Below are positions 1 to 8,660 of a stretch of DNA of 64,000 bases, piece after piece. How positions within the stretch are numbered: the stretch's first letter is position 1; the number at the start of each line of letters is the position of its first letter. The notes below the pieces were generated by a model, which saw nothing but the letters and a program-made list of their open reading frames with translations, ran no database searches and was not told the DNA's origin. The translations under genes and the position numbers were made by a program. This stretch comes from Candidatus Poribacteria bacterium. Lineage in GTDB: Bacteria; Poribacteria; WGA-4E; WGA-3G. The stretch covers positions 3,872,001-3,936,000 of the forward strand of contig OZ240248.1 of NCBI GenBank assembly GCA_965198235.1. Direction: 5' to 3'.

Positions 1-437
1 GTGGTGCCGGGACTATCCTTCTGGAACGCGCACTTATCAAGCGGTATCGTTACCTAATCGGAGGTGATGTCTCTACAGACGCTTTAGACGCTACCGTGAC
101 GAATTTTGGGAGGAAACATCAACCGCGTCAATTTTTTCACTGGGATGCTCGGCGTTTGCCGTTAGGATCGAACACTGTTGATAAAATCGTCTGTAATCTC
201 CCATTCGGTGAGACGAACGGAAATGTGCCGCAGCTTACGAATCTATATCGCCAATGTCTCAGAGAATACGAGCGCGTCCTGAAACCGAGAGGCAGGATGG
301 TGCTACTCACTTCGCAAAACAGGCTACTTGATGATGAGTTGAAACAACGGCGTTCTCTCAGAGTTACCCAGAAATTGACGGTGGATGTGCGAGGGATGCG
401 GGCATGGATGTGCGTTGTCCGTCCGAAAACAAGATAG
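1..437 (+). CDS. SAM-dependent RNA methyltransferase (UPF0020/Trm11-like), 5' end outside window
   Basis: Frame is open from base 3: GAGTILLER (SAM-binding motif) ... IVCNLPFG (NPPY-like motif IV). Confidence 0.75.
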   Translation, partial: GAGTILLERALIKRYRYLIGGDVSTDALDATVTNFGRKHQPRQFFHWDARRLPLGSNTVDKIVCNLPFGETNGNVPQLTNLYRQCLREYERVLKPRGRMVLLTSQNRLLDDELKQRRSLRVTQKLTVDVRGMRAWMCVVRPKTR

Positions 438-492
438 GTGCGATTTGAAAATAGCACTCGGCAATCAGCAATCAGCAGTCAGGAGTCGGTAG

Positions 493-643
493 GTACGGCT
501 TTATGAAAAATAAAAAATAAATTCGGTAATCGACGGGAGACCATGAATGGTTTCCCTACTACAAACGGGACTGCTCGTAGTAGTGCGATTTATCGCACGT
601 TCGGAAGTTCCCCAATTAAACTCTTAAACTTCATGAAACCGCA
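493..643. repeat. MITE-like element with imperfect terminal inverted repeats enclosing REP-like hairpins
   Basis: gtacggctttatgaa ... ttcatgaaaccgcac; internal gggagaccatgaatggtttccc and gtgcgatttatcgcac hairpins. Confidence 0.45.
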
Positions 644-654
644 CCGAATAATAC

Positions 655-1740
655 CTAAATCTCTGGCACTCTCACTGCTACCTCTTTCCCCGCCGCGTGC
701 GAACGGAAAATACCGTCCATAATCACGTTCGTGAGGAGAACACCCTCCGGCGGTATCGGCGACGGCGCGTCCGCTTTAATGGCTTCCCGGAACGCAATCA
801 TCTGTGCCGCCCAGTTATCTTCCTCTGGGAATCCTGAGAACTGGATCGTGGTCATCCCTTCCGGCGGATTCGGTTCCACTGTTAATCCTTCCGATTCCAC
901 AAATTTCTTGAGATCACCGGCATACGCATCGGCGTAAATAACCGGTCCATTCAACGAGAACCCCGCCTTCGTCCCAAGGTGGAAGTTGCCACCGAGAGAG
1001 TCCTGATGTACTGCCCAAGAAATTTTGAACACCATTACACCACCATTTTCAAAGCGCACCCACGCCGCACCGAACTCTTCAACATCCATAATACCACGGA
1101 ACCTCGGATCTTGCTGTGAGATATAATCCTCGGTGATTGCGGAAACCCGCACGGGTTTCGGATACCCCATCGCATACATCGAGGCATGCATATTATAGAC
1201 ACCGATATCGACGGTTGCCCCTGCCCCCGCCGTCTTCTTGTAGATGAACGTATGTCCCGGGTTTCCGCGTCGCCTGCACCCTGCGGATTCAGAGTAGTAG
1301 ATATCGCCGAATAATCCCGCGTCAAACGCCTTTCTTATGAATTGGAGTCTCGGACTAAACGTCGGATTGAGACCGATTTGTAAGATTTTGCCGGATGCTT
1401 TCGCTGCCCGGACCATCGCCGTCGCATCCGGAAGGGTCGCCGCCATCGGTTTTTCACAGAGGACGTGTTTACCTGCGTTCAACGCCGCGACCGTCGGTCG
1501 CCGATGCCCCTGATTGTAAGTGCAAACACTCACCCCATCAATCTCGTCCATTTCGAGCATCTTGTTGTAACTTGAAAATGCGTTCTTTTTCGGGACACCC
1601 CACTCTTCGGCGGCTTGGTTCGCCTTACTTTTGATGATGTCGCAGACCGCGACGATCTCAAAACCGCCTACTTTCTCATAGGTGCTCTGGTGCGCACGTG
1701 AAATGCCACCTGTACCAATAATACCAACCCGGACAGTCAT
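655..1740 (-). CDS. Gfo/Idh/MocA family oxidoreductase (paralog 1)
   Basis: GIIGTGGIS Rossmann motif, HVLCEKPMA, DIGVY; GGAG RBS. Confidence 0.9.
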   Translation of the reverse strand: MTVRVGIIGTGGISRAHQSTYEKVGGFEIVAVCDIIKSKANQAAEEWGVPKKNAFSSYNKMLEMDEIDGVSVCTYNQGHRRPTVAALNAGKHVLCEKPMAATLPDATAMVRAAKASGKILQIGLNPTFSPRLQFIRKAFDAGLFGDIYYSESAGCRRRGNPGHTFIYKKTAGAGATVDIGVYNMHASMYAMGYPKPVRVSAITEDYISQQDPRFRGIMDVEEFGAAWVRFENGGVMVFKISWAVHQDSLGGNFHLGTKAGFSLNGPVIYADAYAGDLKKFVESEGLTVEPNPPEGMTTIQFSGFPEEDNWAAQMIAFREAIKADAPSPIPPEGVLLTNVIMDGIFRSHAAGKEVAVRVPEI

Positions 1741-1841
1741 ATTGCTATCTCCTCATAATCAATTTATGGTAAAACCGAAAAATATGTAGGCACTAAATAT
1801 GTCCTCTCCGCTGACGACTGATTGCTGACCGCTGATCGCTA

Positions 1842-2927
1842 TTAAATCTCCGGCACTCTCACCGCAACCTCTTTTCCCGATTCATGTGAGCGGAAAATAC
1901 CGTCCATAATTACGTTCGTGAGCAGCACCCCGTCTGGCGGTATCGGGGATGGTGCGTCTGCTTTAACGACTTCGCGGAACGCCGTCATCTGTGCTTCCCA
2001 AACATCGACCTCTGGGAATCCTGAAAAACGGATCGTTGTCATCCCTTCCGGTGGGTTCGGCTCTGCTGTCAATCCTTCCGATTTTACCAGTTTCTTGAGA
2101 TCGTCTGTATAAGCATCGGCATAGACAACCGGTCCATCCAAGGAGATACCCATTTCTTTACCGAGACAGAAACTCGGACCGAGCGAATCCTGATGAATTG
2201 CCCAAGAGATTTTGAACACCATCACGCCACCGTTTTCAAACCGCACCCACGCTACACCGAACTCTTCGACATCCATGATACCACGGAATTGTGGGTCTTG
2301 CTGCGAGATGTAATCCTCGGTGATAGCGGAAACCCGCACGGGTTTCGGGTAGCCCATCGCATACAGCGAGTTGTGCATATTATAGACACCGATGTCTACA
2401 ATCGCACCCGCGCCCGCCGTCTTTTTGTAGATGAACGTGCGTCCAGGGTTCCCGCGTCGTCTGCCTCCCGAAGACTCGGAATAGTAAATATCGCCGAGCA
2501 ACCCTTCATCAATGACCCTCTTAGCAAATTGGAGTCTCGGATTAAACGTGCTGTGGAGACCGATCTGCAGAATTTTGCCTGATGCTTTCGCTGCCCAGAC
2601 CATCGCCGTCGCATCTGCGAGCGTCGCCGCCATCGGTTTTTCACAGAAGACGTGTTTGCCAGCGTTCAGTGCTGCCACTGTCGGACGCCGATGTCCTTGG
2701 TTGTAAGTACAAACACTCACAGTATCGATCTCATCCATTTCAAGCATCTTGTTGTAGCTTGAAAAGACGTGCTTTTTCGGGACACCCCACTGTGCAGCAG
2801 CTTCATTTGCCTTGCTTTTGATGATGTCGCAGACCGCGACGATCTCGAAACCGCCTACCCTCGCGTAAGCCCGCTGATGCGCACGTGAAATGCCGCCCGT
2901 ACCCACAATACCGACTCGGATAGTCAT
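1842..2927 (-). CDS. Gfo/Idh/MocA family oxidoreductase (paralog 2, tandem duplicate)
   Basis: Same motifs, same length (361 aa), highly similar to 655..1740. Confidence 0.9.
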   Translation of the reverse strand: MTIRVGIVGTGGISRAHQRAYARVGGFEIVAVCDIIKSKANEAAAQWGVPKKHVFSSYNKMLEMDEIDTVSVCTYNQGHRRPTVAALNAGKHVFCEKPMAATLADATAMVWAAKASGKILQIGLHSTFNPRLQFAKRVIDEGLLGDIYYSESSGGRRRGNPGRTFIYKKTAGAGAIVDIGVYNMHNSLYAMGYPKPVRVSAITEDYISQQDPQFRGIMDVEEFGVAWVRFENGGVMVFKISWAIHQDSLGPSFCLGKEMGISLDGPVVYADAYTDDLKKLVKSEGLTAEPNPPEGMTTIRFSGFPEVDVWEAQMTAFREVVKADAPSPIPPDGVLLTNVIMDGIFRSHESGKEVAVRVPEI

Positions 2928-2961
2928 GTTCTGATCTCCTCATAGGTCATTCAGTTTTCCT

Positions 2962-2986
2962 GTAGGAGGGATCTCCGAATCCCGAC
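2962..2986 (+). repeat. GTAG-type REP-like repeat
   Basis: gtaggagggatctccgaatcccgac; near-identical copy at 6101-6125. Confidence 0.7.
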
Positions 2987-3313
2987 TCCTTCCCTAAAAT
3001 GGTCACGAAAAACCGAGAACTCAATAACCCTAATTTTCTCATAAGCAGAGTTGAAATTGTTGTATGAGTTTAGATGAAATCGGTTTGCAATGCAAGGAAA
3101 AAATCATACCTATCGATTGGGCATTTTGCAAGCATGGCACTTCGCCTTCAAACCGCACCGGACAATAGAGATCCAAGGCATCCTCTTCCTGTAGGAGCGA
3201 GCTGTGCTTGTGATCTCGACAATACACGATGTTTATTCCATAGATGTGGCGTGTGGGAGGAGACAGATTAGGAGTGTTCAATTTGTTATCTAATAATAAA
3301 ATCAATTTTTTGT

Positions 3314-3342
3314 TTGACAAATTTCTGGAAAAAATGTAAGAT
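3314..3342 (+). promoter_or_regulatory. sigma70-type promoter
   Basis: TTGACA-N17-TAAGAT upstream of the 3448 gene. Confidence 0.6.
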
Positions 3343-3356
3343 GCATGCAAGTTGTA

Positions 3357-3374
3357 GACATTGCTTGCAATGTC
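3357..3374. promoter_or_regulatory. Perfect inverted repeat, candidate operator
   Basis: GACATTGC-TT-GCAATGTC just downstream of the -10 box. Confidence 0.4.
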
Positions 3375-3447
3375 CATATTTCACCCCCTGAGGTTTGACA
3401 CTAAACCTCTTAAACTACGATCTAACCTATTAGGAGGATCTTTTCAC

Positions 3448-4281
3448 ATGAGATTTTTTATGGTTGTTGCTGGCGTGTTATGCGCCGCGACCCTCGCGCT
3501 CTGGGCACCCACAGTTGATGCCGCTCCGAAAGTCGATATCTTTATCTACACGGAGATAACGCAGTGGATCGGTCAGGCACAGGCACAAGAACAAGCCGAG
3601 ATATTCATGAAAGAAATTGATGGCAAAAAAGGTATCGGCGATGTTGTCAATGAAAACTCCAAGAAAATTGAAGCTTGGACGAAGAAACACACCAAGGAAA
3701 AAGGCTATCACATTATTAGCCTGTACGGTGATTTTCCGCCTGAAATCTATGCACAGGGCAATAAAGATGAGGATGGTTCTGTTGCTGAAGAATTCCTTGA
3801 TGCCGGCAATACCTATTCAAACAGTGCTGACTATTTCTTCTGGGGACTCCAAGGGAGAAACCGTGAAGGTGGACTCCAGAACATGATGGATATCCCCGGT
3901 ATACTCCAATGGGACGATGACACAGCAATGAAGGTCACAAAGGAAGGGAAAAAGATCACACCGACTCTGAAGGATTATGCCACCGATCGTCCGTTCCACG
4001 TCGATCAGCTCAAAGGCACCGATTGGGAAGTGGAGGTCGCATTTGCTACGGAAACAGGGAAGTCGAGCGGTGTGAACCGGTGTGACCCGTGCATCATCCG
4101 GAATACGAAAACCGACGCACGTCTCATCCAGGTCTATCAGACTGCAGGCCAAGCAGACCCGAAAGGTAAAGTCCTCTCGGAAATTATCCTCAACTATTAT
4201 CTTGAGGTTGTTGGGGCACTTGATGTTGATCCGCAAGATAAACTACCCACATTGTGGGCTGATATTAAATCCAGGAGATAA
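3448..4281 (+). CDS. Secreted hypothetical protein with C-terminal VDPQDKLPTLWADIK motif (paralog A)
   Basis: AGGAGG RBS before ATG 3448; signal peptide; paralogous to next gene. Confidence 0.8.
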   Translation: MRFFMVVAGVLCAATLALWAPTVDAAPKVDIFIYTEITQWIGQAQAQEQAEIFMKEIDGKKGIGDVVNENSKKIEAWTKKHTKEKGYHIISLYGDFPPEIYAQGNKDEDGSVAEEFLDAGNTYSNSADYFFWGLQGRNREGGLQNMMDIPGILQWDDDTAMKVTKEGKKITPTLKDYATDRPFHVDQLKGTDWEVEVAFATETGKSSGVNRCDPCIIRNTKTDARLIQVYQTAGQADPKGKVLSEIILNYYLEVVGALDVDPQDKLPTLWADIKSRR

Positions 4282-4287
4282 AATTTA

Positions 4288-5091
4288 ATGCGAAATATTT
4301 TTCTTTCGCTCACTCTTATTACGTTGATGGCACTCCCTTTAACGTCCGTATTTGCTGCCGGTGAAGTCGCTATCTATACCGGAATCACACAGTGGATTAC
4401 TAAGGCGGCGGCTGACGAAGAGGCAGAAATTTGTGTTGGTATGCTCGACGACGCAGATATCGCGAATACGTGGTATGATAGCGATGGCCAAGCCGGGGAC
4501 TTAGCCGATTGGATGGAAAGTGTCACCGGCGACGATGGCTTGGATATCTGTGTCCTCTATGGTGATTTCCCACCCGAAATCTATCCGCAAGGTAATTCAC
4601 AGACCGAAGGCTCTATCGCCGAGACCTTCATCGAAACTACCGATGGCGACGTTTTCATTAACCACGCCGATTATATGTTCTGGGGTTTGGCCGGTAGAAA
4701 TAGAGAAGGTGGGCTACAGAACATGATGGATATCGACGGCATTGTGATGTGGGATGACAATACGCCTATGAAAGTCACACCTGAAGGCAAAGCCATTTCC
4801 CCAAGTTTAACCGACTATGCATCCGACCGTCCGTTCCACATCGATCAACTTGATGGCGATTGGGAAATTGAGGTTTCACTCGCACAAAACGATGCCGGCA
4901 CCCGTGCCGATCCGATTATTGTTCGAGATGGGAACCTCGGTAGGTTAATTCCAGCGATACAGACCAATGGTGGCGATGAACCGAAAGGTGCTATCGCAGC
5001 TGAAATTATCATCTGGCTCATGTCCACAACACCGGTTGAACCTGTTGGTAAACTCTCCACAACGTGGGGTGATTTGAAAGCAGTTCAGTAG
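4288..5091 (+). CDS. Secreted hypothetical protein with C-terminal VEPVGKLSTTWGDLK motif (paralog B)
   Basis: Signal peptide; shares LYGDFPPEIY, FWGL.GRNREGGLQNMMDI and DRPFH.DQL with 3448..4281. Confidence 0.8.
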   Translation: MRNIFLSLTLITLMALPLTSVFAAGEVAIYTGITQWITKAAADEEAEICVGMLDDADIANTWYDSDGQAGDLADWMESVTGDDGLDICVLYGDFPPEIYPQGNSQTEGSIAETFIETTDGDVFINHADYMFWGLAGRNREGGLQNMMDIDGIVMWDDNTPMKVTPEGKAISPSLTDYASDRPFHIDQLDGDWEIEVSLAQNDAGTRADPIIVRDGNLGRLIPAIQTNGGDEPKGAIAAEIIIWLMSTTPVEPVGKLSTTWGDLKAVQ

Positions 5092-5157
5092 GATGGAAGA
5101 AAAGACGGAAGAGTGGAAGGATAGCAGTATGCTTCCATCTTCCACCCTTCCAGTCTT
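5091..5157. repeat. Inverted short octamer-like repeats (GGAAG-rich / CTTCC-rich)
   Basis: ggatggaaga..ggaagagtggaagg ... cttccatcttccacccttccag. Confidence 0.45.
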
Positions 5158-5173
5158 GTAATCTTTGTTAGAG

Positions 5174-6046
5174 ATGAAATTTAGCGAAGTCAGAATTCTG
5201 TTTGTTCTCTTGATTTTCACGCTTGCAGCGTTCGCTTGCCGAGAGAGATCAAGTTCCCCCCTTGTTGGTCCCCTTCCCATTCAAACGATCACAACCCCTA
5301 AAGATGGAGCCGTGATGGTTTACGTACCTGCTGGCGAATTCTTGATGGGAACCAGCGACGCGGATATTGAACGCTTCAAAGAGATTTTTCCGCTCCGCGA
5401 CATTGCTCGATTTGACAATGAACGTCCCCAACGCACCGTCTTTGTCGATGCCTTCTACATCGACAAGTATGAAGTAACAAACAAACAGTACAAGCGATTC
5501 CTCGCTGAAACCGGCTATGATCCCAAGCAGTATTTGGATTATCCACCTTATGATACACCTGACTTCCCTGCCGCTGCCTTGGCGTGGGAAGATGCTGTCG
5601 CCTACGCAAAATGGGCGGGCAAAAGGCTGCCAACGGAGGCAGAATGGGAGAAAGCCGCTCGCGGTACAGATGGACGCTTTTGGCCCTGGGGAAATGAATG
5701 GGACGGAACAAGACTCAGCGGAAATGACGGCACGGGACTTAAAGATGGATATAAAGAGACCGCACCTGTTGGACAGTTTCCACAAGGGGCGAGTCCTTAC
5801 GGCGCACACGATATGGCGGGCAATTTTTGGGAATGGGTCTCGGACTGGTACGATCCAGACTATTACCGTAGTGCGCCACCCAATATCAATCCGAAGGGAC
5901 CTGAGATCGGCGATGGACATGTCTTAAAAGGTGGGGGTTGGGCAGAGAATTTGGATTTCACCCGATGTGCCAGTCGGCTTGGCGGAAACCCCGGATCTCT
6001 GTTGCGCGGGTTCCGGTGTGCAATAGACGCACCATCTGGAGAGTAA
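5174..6046 (+). CDS. FGE-sulfatase/SUMF1 domain lipoprotein
   Basis: Lipobox AFAC; F.MG, YEVTN, RLPTEAEWEKAARG, DMAGNFWEWV, GFRC. Confidence 0.9.
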   Translation: MKFSEVRILFVLLIFTLAAFACRERSSSPLVGPLPIQTITTPKDGAVMVYVPAGEFLMGTSDADIERFKEIFPLRDIARFDNERPQRTVFVDAFYIDKYEVTNKQYKRFLAETGYDPKQYLDYPPYDTPDFPAAALAWEDAVAYAKWAGKRLPTEAEWEKAARGTDGRFWPWGNEWDGTRLSGNDGTGLKDGYKETAPVGQFPQGASPYGAHDMAGNFWEWVSDWYDPDYYRSAPPNINPKGPEIGDGHVLKGGGWAENLDFTRCASRLGGNPGSLLRGFRCAIDAPSGE

Positions 6047-6100
6047 GCAATATTAGGTTCATCACCGCTAAAAAGAGACGTAACTTACGCACGAAAATCT

Positions 6101-6125
6101 GTAGGAGGGATCTCCGAATCCTGAC
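6101..6125 (+). repeat. GTAG-type REP-like repeat
   Basis: gtaggagggatctccgaatcctgac, copy of 2962-2986. Confidence 0.7.
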
Positions 6126-6317
6126 TTCTGATTTATCTTCCTCATAAAATTTCAGAGTAAACTTCCCATGAACCTTCAGACGAAACCCCTCAAAATCCAG
6201 TGATGATATAGAGGCATGCCCTTTTTCTAATTCTATCACTTTTTGGATTTACTCTGAATACTCTGAAATTCGCGCGATTTCGTTTTCTGATTTACATACC
6301 TCTAACCCTTCGCGAAT

Positions 6318-6347
6318 TTGACATCTATTCCTGTGCTGTGCTATACT
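6318..6347 (+). promoter_or_regulatory. sigma70-type promoter with extended -10
   Basis: TTGACA-N18-TATACT preceded by TGn; an extra TATAAT at 6349-6354. Confidence 0.6.
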
Positions 6348-6523
6348 TTATAATGGATAGACAAAAGAGGACTATGAAGTGGCTTTCTGCTTGTGAGCTA
6401 AACAACGCAGCTTGGAACATTGTCCTGCAAGCCTCTATAGGCTTGCACCAGGAAAGCGGATTTGAGCAAGGAACGTCAAAGTCTCATTTCCGGTCGTTTA
6501 ACCGCAAGGAATAATTAAAAAAT

Positions 6524-6997
6524 TTGAAACAGATTATCACACACGCAGATCCAGATCTCGATGCTATCGTTAGCGCATGGATCGCCCAAGATTTTCTCTT
6601 CAAGGAACACGCGTCAGAGGTCCTGTTTGTGAGCCGAAAAGTGCCAGAGAAACTCATGTTGCATGCCGATTGTGTGGTGGATGTCGGAAACACATACATC
6701 CCTGAAAACTACCGATTCGATCACAAGCCTCCCGCATTTCAGAATAGAAATACCACCTGTGCGACTCGGCTCATCTGGGAATATCTACGCGACACCGGTG
6801 CCGATATAGTACACCTTGAACCTTTAGTGCAGATAACATATCAAGGCGATACACATCGGAACTCAGAAGCACTCAAACAGAGCCGAATCGATGGACCGCA
6901 TGCCGAATTAGTCAAACTAAAAGCAGAACATAAAGAAACGACAGAGGTCTATCGACAGATGGTTCTCTGGCTGAGGAGTTATACAAAAAACTTATGA
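6524..6997 (+). CDS. Small DHH/MYG1-like phosphoesterase-fold protein
   Basis: THADPDLDA, VDVG and FDHK motifs; TTG start; overlaps next gene (ATGA). Confidence 0.6.
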   Translation: MKQIITHADPDLDAIVSAWIAQDFLFKEHASEVLFVSRKVPEKLMLHADCVVDVGNTYIPENYRFDHKPPAFQNRNTTCATRLIWEYLRDTGADIVHLEPLVQITYQGDTHRNSEALKQSRIDGPHAELVKLKAEHKETTEVYRQMVLWLRSYTKNL

Positions 6998-8304
6998 AGC
7001 AGCTTACATGCTTACTCATTGCCCTATTTGCTGTGGCAGCAGTGCCAGCGAAATTCGCAAGTGCCGATGAATGGCACCAGTGGCGTGGTGAAAACCGAGA
7101 AGGTGTTTGGAACGAAACGGGTATCCTTGAAAAATTTGAAGGAGAGCAGATTCCGCTTCGTTGGCGGGTCCCTATCGGAAGTGGCTACAGCGGACCGAGT
7201 GTTGCTGATGGGCGCGTATACGTCACAGATAGACTCACAAAACCGAAACAGGTTGAACGCGTTCACTGCTTCGATTGGGAAACAGGCGAATCCATCTGGT
7301 CCTACACCTACGATTGCGAGTACAGGATTGACTATACAGCAGGTCCCCGTGCGACTGTGACGGTGCATGACGGACTCGCTTATGCCTTAGGCGCGATGGG
7401 GCATCTGCACTGTTTTGACGCTGCCACGGGTGACATCGTCTGGAAAAGAGATCTCAATACCGAATATAATATTAATATGCCTATCTGGGGCATCGCAAGC
7501 GCGCCTATTGTTGAAGCGGAAAACCTAATCGTTCAAATCGGCGGTAAGCCGAATGCCTGTATAGTCGCATTTGACCGAAAAACCGGTGAGGAAAAGTGGA
7601 AAGCATTGGACGATAACGCCTCTTATTCGGCACCAATCGTCATTACGCAGGCAGGTGAACGGGTTTTAATCTGCTGGACGGGTGCCAATATCGCAGCACT
7701 TGATCCGCAAACAGGTGCAGTGCACTGGCTCTATCCGTTTCTACCGGAAGGCTTTGAGATAGCAATTGCTACCCCTATTTTCGATCAGAACGAATTATTC
7801 GTCACTGATTTCCGTCAGGGATCTCTTCTTCTGAAGGTGCCACAAGATAAGTTGGCAGTAGAACTCGGCTGGCATCGTAAGGGCAAAGACGAGCAGCACA
7901 CCGATGCACTTCAGACGACAATGGCGACACCTGTGCGTCTTGGTGGTTACATTTACGGTGTGGATAGTTATGGCGAACTCCGGTGTTTAGATGCGCGAAA
8001 CGGTGATCGGATTTGGGAAGACCTCTCCGCCGTACGGAAAGCGCGCTGGAGCAACATCCATTTAATCAAGCATCCTGCGTCATCAGAAAACCGAATCTGG
8101 ATGTTCAACGAACAGGGCGAACTTCTCATCACGGAACTCTCTCCCGAAGGACTGAATATTATCAGTCGCGCCAAATTAATCGAACCGACACGCGATCAGC
8201 TGAACCAAAGAGGCGGTGTTACGTGGGCACATCCTGCATTTGCCTATAAGCACGTCTTCATTCGGAACGACAAAGAACTCGTTTGTGCCAATTTAGAAAA
8301 ATAG
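6994..8304 (+). CDS. PQQ-binding-like beta-propeller protein (BamB-like), secreted
   Basis: Signal peptide, WHQWRG, repeated D..TG...W motifs, WAHPA. Confidence 0.9.
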   Translation: MKQLTCLLIALFAVAAVPAKFASADEWHQWRGENREGVWNETGILEKFEGEQIPLRWRVPIGSGYSGPSVADGRVYVTDRLTKPKQVERVHCFDWETGESIWSYTYDCEYRIDYTAGPRATVTVHDGLAYALGAMGHLHCFDAATGDIVWKRDLNTEYNINMPIWGIASAPIVEAENLIVQIGGKPNACIVAFDRKTGEEKWKALDDNASYSAPIVITQAGERVLICWTGANIAALDPQTGAVHWLYPFLPEGFEIAIATPIFDQNELFVTDFRQGSLLLKVPQDKLAVELGWHRKGKDEQHTDALQTTMATPVRLGGYIYGVDSYGELRCLDARNGDRIWEDLSAVRKARWSNIHLIKHPASSENRIWMFNEQGELLITELSPEGLNIISRAKLIEPTRDQLNQRGGVTWAHPAFAYKHVFIRNDKELVCANLEK

Positions 8305-8305
8305 C

Positions 8306-8655
8306 GGATTTCTTCTTTTTAGCCAAAGATGACAAACCTGAAACGTTTTTTAATGATTGGCCTTTGATCACCGTTCTACTACGTTTCGCGGTGGTTTCTG
8401 GTTAAGTACAGAAGGGTTTCATGAGAAAAACGTTTTTTTTTCAGCCCCGTAGGGGCGATATCTGTGTAGAGGAAGGCGGATCTACGGAAGAGAACGTCAA
8501 CCCTCACAGCATGCCAACCGAACCACAAGGAATAATTAGAAATGGATTTCTTCTTTTTCGCCAAAGATCGTAAGCCTGAAACGAAGTGGAAGGCGGATCT
8601 ACGGAAGAGAACGTCAACCCTCACAGCATGCCAACCGAACCGCAAGGAATAATTA
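8306..8655. repeat. Tandemly duplicated ~117-bp repeat; first copy interrupted by a REP-bearing insert
   Basis: A 8306-8345 / A' 8544-8583; B 8471-8538 / B' 8588-8655 (1 mismatch in 68 bp); REP agccccgtaggggcga at ~8443. Confidence 0.8.
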
Positions 8656-8660
8656 AAATA

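Noticed and set aside
5958-6239. 93-aa minus-strand ORF
   Set aside because: Crosses a REP and overlaps the FGE gene; no recognisable motif
5174-6300. FGE-sulfatase protein as a diversity-generating retroelement target
   Set aside because: No reverse transcriptase and no template repeat of its 3' end in the window
8306-8655. CRISPR array
   Set aside because: Only two long copies, no regular repeat-spacer period, no cas genes
8586-8660. N-terminal extension of the M16 peptidase, plus antisense ORF 8379..8714 with a repeated peptide
   Set aside because: Both are translations of the non-coding repeat
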